NCBI GenBank assembly: GCA_964373815.1
Contig: CAYJWI010000003.1
Coordinates: 8,321 to 72,320, forward strand
Direction of reading: 5' to 3'
DNA length: 64,000 nt
From: an uncultured archaeon
Lineage (GTDB): Archaea > Iainarchaeota > Iainarchaeia > Iainarchaeales > Iainarchaeaceae
The stretch's first letter is position 1. Each line of letters begins with the position of its first letter. The position numbers were made by a program, and so were the translations under genes. The notes under the pieces were generated by a model. It saw only the letters and a program-made list of their open reading frames with translations, did no database searches and had not been told where the DNA came from. Shown piece by piece: positions 48,801 through 55,804 of the stretch.

Positions 48801-49061
48801 CTCGAATCCCTGCTCAACTCCGGCAAGGCATCGGCAATTACAGGCGCCGCCATCCTCGCACCTAAAAGTGAAATCCCGCTTGCGGTCTACCCGCTCGCAC
48901 TCGTGATACTGCTTGCCGCGTTTTACGCTTTCACGAAAAAAGAGGAGAAGCCAAAACAGCCGCTCAAAATAAGGAAAGCTAATGAGCCGATTGAAAATGT
49001 GGGCACTGAAAACATTTCTGAACGCGAAGGCAACGAAGGGAAACCAAAGGCTGCTCTATAA
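45861..49061 (+). CDS. giant S/L/A/E-rich coiled-coil lipoprotein with C-terminal membrane anchor (1066 aa)
   Basis: Lipobox LLLSGC at N-terminus; long low-complexity helical region; C-terminal hydrophobic LAVYPLALVILLAAFYAF. Confidence 0.5.
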   Translation: MFRYLIMPKLPILLFAAMLLLSGCLEKLSVQDRLSCLELTSYSFTSVPDCASQEGCFGKVQESFPMGEKVFPSDVRESIFGSKNHLARSWLFLNNAKSNLKQMHSLCENASDFSGIARQANELNANLAIAAKEIDYFSQSAALAINSEIDDLGIEDINLVREEPLFDDYIVLNQNALDFAQHNSEGKTYASKFLKEAKSLESIGKTLSASSLLSEKSLLGIISQNSSLLSSEAKGRLEKRDFPVSFIYPVFSGVSKFFADFFALGGSVGSLKNLPSYGVFESLNRIIGADNSAASAFFKTFRDDSAHRVLLKEKISGQKAAINSSLDALEKKAGLLEKNLANVALTPMPVSGEGNASLVLESGLSRAYLENFGSEFGKGASSIKSSLASLEEAEFLGNISLGYLGSSIKAVSGKVQKLSDNVSKAEAISAESGARCSQEVLRIEEKISGKGFDSTLPSIISARERLRAEIISYHSSGKGSSCQRIVSDFASLLGLLDSSLPQEEFSMSIDKCISRAEALLGLLEDSDGSGLQLSSLKRLAKPYQNPSLVLESCETISARLTKNAYSLPEVIEAQQNYATLSGKISSLKSLLQNFPLIASGTLGEAGPLLRSFDSISADFENGKFGLSAIARAKEILESERATLSKANELLPSLASRAVEKYMEIGFIPRGPSGNALARLSLQNPGPEIDAAFTSEISLDSSDAQEVFSTKNVSSSPSGKKTVLRFSGLLSGLNSLILDMDSGRQQDDNSGQFLQTQQEKERILLENAGLGAKAFAFPEKSPELAQMQKKIELLANQGKLKEAGEQLSDFKKEVESAELREKSEAGLKERAADFSEKLSKIISLKKGLSENASALLQNLKSVPENELAEVYAFSPVTLERLQKLSGLAAIKTITPQKVSELLEKGKFGQLEELLQSGNADEELAKIESASEEAVSALERLKVNALSSYNSALAYLKTSPEKNLEAEELLIKSRQALEAKSYLESLLNSGKASAITGAAILAPKSEIPLAVYPLALVILLAAFYAFTKKEEKPKQPLKIRKANEPIENVGTENISEREGNEGKPKAAL

Positions 49062-49106
49062 CGTTGCCTTAAACTTTTGGGCTTCACAATTTGGCTCTGC
49101 AGCGCT

Positions 49107-50327
49107 TCAATCCTTCTTGAAATAAAAGTAAGCGAAAACGCCCGCTGAAACAAGCGCGAGCAGGACCGAAGCTATTACTTTTGCTTCAATTCCTTCCTGC
49201 ACCGTTACGTTCGCGGTGTCGCATTCAAGCGTCCTTCCCTCATGCTCCGCTATGCAGCCAAGGGAGTAAGTCCCGGCCTTCGATGCCTTTGCGTTGAAAG
49301 TTAGGTCGACCGATTGCCCGATGCCGAGCGAATCTATTATTTTGGGGTTTTCATCGCTGGTCTCAAGCCCGCTCTGTGCCCTTACTGAAATGCGGCTAAC
49401 CCGCTGCTTGCTTATGTTCTGCACCCTTATTGCGAGCTTTATGTTCTCGCCCGCAAATGCCTTGTCATTGCCAAGCGCGCTTGTAACTGAAATCTTGTGC
49501 GGCGGGTCGAGGGCCCCTAGATTTGGCCTGTTTGAAAGCATGCCCTGCTCCTCACCGAAAACATTTGTAAATGTGAGCACGGCCGGAAGCAGGGTGAAAG
49601 GCACTGCCTTGTTTGCCACAATCGAGTATGAAATCCTGTACTCTCCTGGCTTTGTGCACTGGGAGTTTTCCCAGCGTTCGCACTTGGGCGCAATCCCTTG
49701 CTTGGATGTTTCTCCCTTGAGCACGCTTATTTCAGGGGTGTTTTCCTCGAGCTCCTGCTTTCTGTAAGTGAGCATCACCTGCGCATCCTCTGTGCCGAAA
49801 TTCTTCGCCACGGCATCGACGCTGAATGGGATTCCGACATAGGGCGTGTAAGTTTCAAGCTCGAGCCTTACTCCTTTCTCTTGCGGGAAGTGCGTGCCAG
49901 TATACGAGCCGAAATATGACTCTGATGAAATCTTCACGGTGCCGGGCAAGGAGGAAGTCCTTGCGCAGATTTTAACGCTGTTCGAGCTGCGCAATTTTTC
50001 TTTCTGGATTTCGATTCTCGCAAACCCATTCCCGAAATCCTTGCTGCGCAACTCCGCGAGCTTTTCATCGCCGTTGAAAAAGACAGCCACTGTTGCGGAG
50101 CTTTTCTGCTGCGAAGGCAGGTCGGCCTTTAGCGAGAGCATGTGGAAAACTTCGCCGTTGGCATCGGGGGCGAAGGGGAATGAAAAAGTTGTGCAATCGT
50201 AGACGCTAGACCCGTTTATGTAGAAATCCTTGAAGCCGTTCTGCCCAAAATTAATCTCCTGCACCGTCCCAGCATAGGTTATGTAGCTGAGGGCAAGGAG
50301 ACAAAGTATTACAAGTCCTTTCTTCAC
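49107..50327 (-). CDS. secreted protein with C-terminal membrane anchor (406 aa)
   Basis: Signal peptide; C-terminal VIASVLLALVSAGVFAYFYFKKD. Confidence 0.45.
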   Translation of the reverse strand: MKKGLVILCLLALSYITYAGTVQEINFGQNGFKDFYINGSSVYDCTTFSFPFAPDANGEVFHMLSLKADLPSQQKSSATVAVFFNGDEKLAELRSKDFGNGFARIEIQKEKLRSSNSVKICARTSSLPGTVKISSESYFGSYTGTHFPQEKGVRLELETYTPYVGIPFSVDAVAKNFGTEDAQVMLTYRKQELEENTPEISVLKGETSKQGIAPKCERWENSQCTKPGEYRISYSIVANKAVPFTLLPAVLTFTNVFGEEQGMLSNRPNLGALDPPHKISVTSALGNDKAFAGENIKLAIRVQNISKQRVSRISVRAQSGLETSDENPKIIDSLGIGQSVDLTFNAKASKAGTYSLGCIAEHEGRTLECDTANVTVQEGIEAKVIASVLLALVSAGVFAYFYFKKD

Positions 50328-50827
50328 TTCATCCCTCTTTTCCGAATTTCTCTTATTATTAAGTCGGTTGTATCTTTAATAGTTTTCCTGTTTTCGAGCT
50401 CGAAAACCCTCTTTTTCGGGTAATTCCTCATGCAGTGCTTCTTGCAGTAATCTATCCCTTCGCAAAAGACATTGTCCTGCACCTTCTCGGCCCCATAGCC
50501 GCGCTGCTCGAGCCTATAGCCAAGCCTCTCTTCCTCCCGCCGCGGGTTCAGCCTTAGAATGACCACTAGGTCGAACTTGCCCTTTATTTCGCACAGCAAG
50601 TGCCCCTCGATTATGGTGTTTTTCCGCTTGCCTAGGTAAATATTGAGCCTCTTTTCAAGCTTTTCTAGCGGCACGACGAGTTCGTTTTCCTGCGCATCGA
50701 ATTCGCCAATTCCTTCCTTTAGCGCGAACTCCTTCTCATTGATCGTCTTGCATTTGAGGTGTTCCGAGAGCCTTTTCGCTACGGCTGTTTTGCCGACCCC
50801 CGGGGTTCCCGTGATGCAGATGCGCAT
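50324..50827 (-). CDS. adenylate kinase isoenzyme 6 / Fap7-like NTPase
   Basis: P-loop MRICITGTPGVGKT at extreme N-terminus, ~170 aa. Confidence 0.7.
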   Translation of the reverse strand: MRICITGTPGVGKTAVAKRLSEHLKCKTINEKEFALKEGIGEFDAQENELVVPLEKLEKRLNIYLGKRKNTIIEGHLLCEIKGKFDLVVILRLNPRREEERLGYRLEQRGYGAEKVQDNVFCEGIDYCKKHCMRNYPKKRVFELENRKTIKDTTDLIIREIRKRGMK

Positions 50828-50863
50828 GGCACTTACTAGGCCTGGATTGTAAAATAAACCCTG

Positions 50864-51151
50864 CTATTGTTGCTCTTCCAGCCACCTCTCATATTGCTTG
50901 TGGTTGCCGGCAAAAATTATGAAACGTGTATCTCTAACTTCCCTATAGCATATTCTGTATTGGCCAGAATCGACCACGGCCCAAGGCAGCCCATGTTGCA
51001 GGTGCCGCGTCCTTTCAAGATAGGCTATCTGACCGATTTTTTTATTTAGCCTTATCTTTATAGAATTGTCAAATTTTGAGAAGAACTTGTCCCATCCGTC
51101 AATGTAATCAATTTTGAACGGCAAATGACCCACAAGAACGTCATGGGCCAC
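50864..51151 (-). CDS. RelE/ParE-superfamily toxin
   Basis: C-terminal GQYRICYREVRDTRFIIFAGNHKQY matches the RelE consensus. Confidence 0.55.
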   Translation of the reverse strand: MAHDVLVGHLPFKIDYIDGWDKFFSKFDNSIKIRLNKKIGQIAYLERTRHLQHGLPWAVVDSGQYRICYREVRDTRFIIFAGNHKQYERWLEEQQ

Positions 51152-51204
51152 CGCTATTTAGTGTTTTTGTTCATTTGGTTCATACAAGCTGAACAAACAG
51201 GAAT

Positions 51205-51477
51205 TTATTTGAAACCGTATTTCTTATCTACTTCCTCTTGAGTGTAAACCTTTCTCTTCCCTTCCTGTACTTCTTTCCACATTCTCTCCATCTTTGCAAT
51301 GGCTCTCGTGTCGGTAACGGGCCTCACTACCATGCTCCCAAAAATCTCGTACTGCTTCCCGAGCTCTAGTATGCCAGCACGCACAGCCTCGCTCTTGGTC
51401 TTGTAAACCCCATTGTCAATCAAGCTCTTCACAATCTTTTCCTGCGCCTTCTCAAGCCTCACAAGCACTTGTGCCAT
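51205..51477 (-). CDS. ribbon-helix-helix (CopG-like) antitoxin
   Basis: Small protein with N-terminal beta-strand plus two helices pattern; directly upstream of RelE-like gene. Confidence 0.45.
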   Translation of the reverse strand: MAQVLVRLEKAQEKIVKSLIDNGVYKTKSEAVRAGILELGKQYEIFGSMVVRPVTDTRAIAKMERMWKEVQEGKRKVYTQEEVDKKYGFK

Positions 51478-51547
51478 GCAAAATCACCTATATCAAAAAT
51501 ATATCAAAACAATATATAAATCTAATTAGGGTTTCCTGGCGTGGTTT

Positions 51548-52060
51548 TTAGGGCCTCTTGTTCCTTCCCCCCAAAGTGCTCGGAAAAAAACCGAATTTCG
51601 CTTGCCGCAGGGTGTTTTTTCTGCGCTCTTCTCTTTTTGCCACCCTCCACGCCTTGACAACTTCTAACCCTGTTGCGGACAGGCGCCGCCATGCAGCCCC
51701 AGTTGGCTTACTAACCCATATCACTGATTTGCGGCTTATCCCGGACTCATGAAGCAAACCTTCAACGTGGTCTTGGTGCACCAGGACAAAATCGTTTTTT
51801 CCGGCTTTTTTTTGCTTGATTTTCAGGGCCCATTGCTTCTCGCGCAGGTTCATGTTCATGAACCTCAAAACACCCCTGCTTTCTCTTTCCCTAAATCCCC
51901 AATACAAGTCGTGGACTGATTGCTTATCAAGCGGCACTATCCCCCAGCCCATTTCATGTGCTTTTGCAATGGCTACGCCGAAGGGGTCTATGAGGCCCAC
52001 ATGCATTTTCCCTATATGCCCAAGAATAAGCTTTGGCGGTGGAGGAGAAGGGGTGAACAA
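51548..52060 (-). CDS. hypothetical protein (170 aa)
   Basis: ORF only; Arg/Trp-rich, unlike neighbouring Lys-rich proteins. Confidence 0.3.
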   Translation of the reverse strand: MFTPSPPPPKLILGHIGKMHVGLIDPFGVAIAKAHEMGWGIVPLDKQSVHDLYWGFRERESRGVLRFMNMNLREKQWALKIKQKKAGKNDFVLVHQDHVEGLLHESGISRKSVIWVSKPTGAAWRRLSATGLEVVKAWRVAKREERRKNTLRQAKFGFFPSTLGGRNKRP

Positions 52061-52573
52061 AGTTTCAGCATAACAAGGCCTTGTTTTGCTTGTTTAAGCC
52101 AATCGCTTCGTCTTTTAACCTCTCACCGCCGTGTTCCAGGCAATAGAGCAGCTTGGATGCCCTTGATTCCTTTTGAGATTCAATGGTGTCCCCCATGCTT
52201 GTCACTTGCCTGCAACGTTGAGGATTATGCCTTAAGTGGTATAAATACTTTTCCATCCAACGGAGCTTTATCCTGCCTTCTTTTTTCCAGAAATGTCATT
52301 TTGTTCCGTTATTTGGAAAAATAGGCGTTTTACGGCCTTTTTCCTTATGTATATTCGATTTTTTTTTCCTCAAAAAAATTTTTGAAAAAACGCGAAAAAT
52401 CCGAGTTATGTATATGGCTGTTTTGGGCGGGAATTCGCGGTCAAAAAGCCGAAAAAGCTTGCTCTAAAACTCTTTTAGAAAAAGAAAGAGAATATAGTAA
52501 AAAGTTTTTGCTGTTCTTGCAGTCAAGTGCCCGGAAAGCATGCTGCCTAGAAATTTGGCCGCCTCTCAAAGTA

Positions 52574-52607
52574 ACTTTGAATAAATAATGTGCCCCCACG
52601 GGGCAAC
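52574..52607. repeat. left copy of 22-bp perfect direct repeat ACTTTGAATAAATAATGTGCCC plus GC hairpin
   Basis: Identical 22-mer at 53896..53917; hairpin TGCCCC-cac-GGGGCA follows. Confidence 0.6.
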
Positions 52608-52658
52608 TTATACTGGCGCCGGTTTATATTCGGAGTAAGCCGGAATTCCGGCCTCGTT

Positions 52659-53699
52659 TCACAATTTGTTTAGCACTCCCTTTTTCTTCATCTCTGACAA
52701 AAAGCGTTTTACTTTATGGTTTTTCAGGGCATCCTTATGCACAACAGCTACCTGTGAAGACCAGAAAAATGGGTTCCATGTTAATCCGTGTTCTTTGGCG
52801 GTTTTTCCTGATGTAACGTGTGCAAATGCAAAATCTACCACGCCTTTGCTCACTGCCTTTTCTGGATTTGCAAGCCAAACAAGTTCGCAGTTTATACCTT
52901 TTTGTTTCATGAGGAGTTCCGCCAGTGCATAATCTTCTTCCCTTACGCCTACTCTTTTCCCAGCCATTTTTTTTGCGAGTTGCCTGGATTTTAGTTTGGT
53001 TTTTGAAAGAATGCTGAATTTGGAATGATGTTGTGGGTTGTCGCTGACTTCTAAAAATTTTCCAACGACCCTGAATGGATTTGTTTTTGTCCTTGCTTTT
53101 TCGTAGCCTTTCATTGTTGCCGGCACTCTTTTCAGCAAGCCTGCTTCTGCAAGTGCCGGTACGACTTCGTCAAATCCTCTGAAGTGTATTTTGCTTCCCC
53201 TACTTAGATGTGAAACTGCTCTAACTGCGCCTTTTAGGTGCATTGAATCGGGCAGCTGGCTTTTTTCTACAGAAAATATTTTTATTGGGGTTCTTTCCCA
53301 TTTTCCATCCAATTGTGCTCTCACCCTTCGAACATCGGTAGTAATGGCTGATTGGTCTGCTCCGGTTCGTGAGTATGTTTGAGTGTGTGTATTGGCAGGC
53401 ATCCGAGCGCCAACTGCAACGGCGTCACCGCTTTTTTTGCCTGGGTAAAATCCTGCTCTGACGATTGCCTGTGAGGCTGAATCGGTAGCTTTTCTTCTGT
53501 CAATCGGCCTTGGAATGCGACCTGTAACTTTTCTTGTGTGTATTAACCCGAGCTCTTCTCTGGCTTGTGGCACGCTAATTGCATTCATTTTGAGTAGAGC
53601 AGTAACAAGCCTTTCCCTATTTCTTCCTTTAGGGTGAGCTGTGATAATTATGCCTTTTGGAGCTGGAGGTGGCCCCATCTCTGCCCGAAAACGCCTCAT
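52659..53699 (-). CDS. hypothetical Arg-rich protein in direct-repeat-flanked insert
   Basis: 346-aa ORF, T-rich coding strand and R-rich protein unlike the rest of the window. Confidence 0.35.
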   Translation of the reverse strand: MRRFRAEMGPPPAPKGIIITAHPKGRNRERLVTALLKMNAISVPQAREELGLIHTRKVTGRIPRPIDRRKATDSASQAIVRAGFYPGKKSGDAVAVGARMPANTHTQTYSRTGADQSAITTDVRRVRAQLDGKWERTPIKIFSVEKSQLPDSMHLKGAVRAVSHLSRGSKIHFRGFDEVVPALAEAGLLKRVPATMKGYEKARTKTNPFRVVGKFLEVSDNPQHHSKFSILSKTKLKSRQLAKKMAGKRVGVREEDYALAELLMKQKGINCELVWLANPEKAVSKGVVDFAFAHVTSGKTAKEHGLTWNPFFWSSQVAVVHKDALKNHKVKRFLSEMKKKGVLNKL

Positions 53700-53895
53700 A
53701 ATAGAAAGTTAACAACACTCCCTAATATAGCTTTCTGGTTACATTTTCGGCAATTTTAAAGTAATCTTATATCTTTTTTGAAGTCAACTTATTTTTTTGC
53801 CGTAAAAGCCTCTTCATCCGTGAAAAGCTGCGTGAATTCTTCGAGTTGCCACTTCTAACTCGTTGAACCTGAAAATAAGTTGCCATTGTATTGGT

Positions 53896-53927
53896 ACTTT
53901 GAATAAATAATGTGCCCTGTCGGGGCA
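53896..53927. repeat. right copy of 22-bp perfect direct repeat plus hairpin
   Basis: ACTTTGAATAAATAATGTGCCC then TGCCC-tgtc-GGGGCA. Confidence 0.6.
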
Positions 53928-53941
53928 TGGCATGGTTTCCG

Positions 53942-54346
53942 TTATTTTTGCATTTTTTCAATGAGTTCTTTTGTTTTCCAGTTCCTGACCCTTATGCCTT
54001 TTAGGTGCCTGTCGTTGCTCCATATGTCAGCCCCTGTTGCAAGCGCACAGGCGACATACGGGGCGTCCTTTTTGTCGTTCACAAGGCTTTGTGCTGCCGC
54101 GTAATAGAGCATAATTTCCCCGTCTGAAACAACCCTTATTCTCCTCAGGAGCCTTTTTGTCAGCGAGGCAAAATCCTTCTTTTTGAGTTTGCCCCTGCCC
54201 ATTAGCTCTTTTGAGTATTTTGCGTATTCCAGCAGCAGGAATGTCGGGGCAAAAAGGGTTATTCTCCGGTCAAGGGTGAGGTTTCTTGTGCCGGAATCCT
54301 TGAGGAGCGCTGAGAATAGGATGTTTGCGTCAATTACCAGCTTCAT
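53942..54346 (-). CDS. PIN-domain ribonuclease (VapC-like)
   Basis: MKLVIDANILFSALL N-terminus, conserved acidic residues; the ORF track extends it to 54439 but the likely start is Met at 54346. Confidence 0.6.
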   Translation of the reverse strand: MKLVIDANILFSALLKDSGTRNLTLDRRITLFAPTFLLLEYAKYSKELMGRGKLKKKDFASLTKRLLRRIRVVSDGEIMLYYAAAQSLVNDKKDAPYVACALATGADIWSNDRHLKGIRVRNWKTKELIEKMQK

Positions 54347-54572
54347 GGGCAAGTTCCTCAAAATGTTTAAGCATTTCCCTATCAACCCTGCCCGCAATTT
54401 CCTTAATGTTCTCTTCGGTAAGCCTGCTCCGAGAAGCAATTCTTCCCGCTTCTTCTATATCTTCCAACTGCTGCCTTATTGCAGCCCTGGCAACTTCAGA
54501 CCATTTTATCTGCGGATGCCTTTTCATGCGTTTTCTCATCTCGCCCTCTATTGAAAGAGTCATACTAACCAT
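54330..54572 (-). CDS. putative antitoxin partner of the PIN protein
   Basis: 80-aa charged helical protein overlapping the PIN gene start by 17 nt. Confidence 0.4.
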   Translation of the reverse strand: MVSMTLSIEGEMRKRMKRHPQIKWSEVARAAIRQQLEDIEEAGRIASRSRLTEENIKEIAGRVDREMLKHFEELAHEAGN

Positions 54573-54688
54573 ATACGTTCACCAACATAGTTCTTATGTT
54601 GAACTACTTAAATAGCTTTTCGCCCCCCCGCTTCCAACTTCAAGTATAAGGTAACTCCGCTGCCCTCGCTTTTCCAGCCAAGGCTGGC

Positions 54689-55084
54689 CTAGAGGAATTC
54701 CTTCCTTATTTTTGTAAATCTGGTGAAGTGCCTGTCTTTTGTTATTACTGTAAGGTCGTTCTCCTCAGCTATGGCTGCAATCAGGCAGTCTATGAGGCCA
54801 GCCGGCCTGTCTTTTTTGCCAAGTCCCCTGTTCGCTTCTGCCCAAAGGAAGCCGGCCCTGAGGTGGGATACCCTGTCGGCTTCGATAATCCCGCCGCACA
54901 GGGCTTCTACTTGGGAAACTTTTGCGTTTACATCCAGCTTGTTTACCCAGCACCACTTGCTTATTTCTGCAATCACTATGCCGATGGTGAAGGAATTATG
55001 CTTGTAGATAAGCTCGGCGCATTTCCGTCCCTTTTGGGTGCCGCGTAGTATCTCTATCCACGCGGAAGTGTCTACGAGGTACAC
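54689..55084 (-). CDS. vapC: VapC PIN-domain toxin
   Basis: MYLVDTSAWIE N-terminus and D..E..D..D PIN pattern. Confidence 0.75.
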   Translation of the reverse strand: MYLVDTSAWIEILRGTQKGRKCAELIYKHNSFTIGIVIAEISKWCWVNKLDVNAKVSQVEALCGGIIEADRVSHLRAGFLWAEANRGLGKKDRPAGLIDCLIAAIAEENDLTVITKDRHFTRFTKIRKEFL

Positions 55085-55290
55085 TAAAATTCCCTATCCG
55101 TTTCTTCCCTTTTGAATGGCCTTGCGTGCTTTGCAGACCCGAACATTTCTTCGAGTATTCTGCGCTTGTTGGTTTTGAGAACGCTTATCATGACTTTTTG
55201 GTCGAATTTCAGGCGGTTCTCCACCAAATCCTTCTTTTTTATTGCAATCGCGGCGGAATTTCCGAGTTTTACTATTTTGCCTTCAATCAT
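55084..55290 (-). CDS. vapB: VapB antitoxin, AbrB/SpoVT type
   Basis: IVKLGNSAAIAIKKK motif; 1-nt overlap with vapC. Confidence 0.65.
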   Translation of the reverse strand: MIEGKIVKLGNSAAIAIKKKDLVENRLKFDQKVMISVLKTNKRRILEEMFGSAKHARPFKREETDREF

Positions 55291-55384
55291 CCAAAATCAC
55301 CATATGTAATAACTTGTTATAACTTCTTTTAATACTTTTCGCCTATTTTTGGGCAATCTCCTTTTCGAGGCCACAAAGTCTTAT

Positions 55385-55477
55385 TATAGCAGACCAATAA
55401 AGTAATTCGGGTGATTTTTCAGGTCTGCTATCTAGCAAACCATGCAAAATGCCGAAAAACTTTCATGGTTTGCTATA
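55385..55477. repeat. double-hairpin near-palindromic element, copy 2
   Basis: TATAGCAGACC-loop-GGTCTGCTA then AGCAAACCATG-loop-CATGGTTTGCTATA; loops are reverse complements of copy 1 loops. Confidence 0.6.
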
Positions 55478-55804
55478 ACTTCTAAACTTATATCAGATTT
55501 TATGAAACCACGGCCAAAAAGAACCCCAAAACCAGTTTCAATTTTTAGTCCGGCATCTTCTATTTTGGGCAAAATGGGCCACAAATAAAGGGGCCAAAAT
55601 CACTCCTGAAGAAAGAGAATTTGCAAAGGTGAAAGCGGGTTTGAAGCGTAGGGCGCCTGGTAATGTACCGGGCAGTCCGAACGAAATTATCCCGATTTCC
55701 CCATTTTTTTATGGTACTAGGAAAGAGTTAGAAAATTTGGGGTATATTCACGTGAACTTAGGGAAAATTACAAAAAAGAAAAAGCCCGGCTCTTGAGGGC
55801 GGCG

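Noticed and set aside
52382-52588. 68-aa plus-strand ORF in the 600-bp gap upstream of the direct-repeat insert
   Set aside because: Its product is a low-complexity basic sequence in an AT-rich spacer. It overlaps the left direct repeat and is probably non-coding.
55545-55796. Possible small ORF (K/G-rich, about 55..80 aa, GTG/TTG start only) in the aCPSF1-vapB intergenic region
   Set aside because: It has no ATG start and no RBS, and it overlaps the region containing the hairpin element. It is not convincing without expression data.
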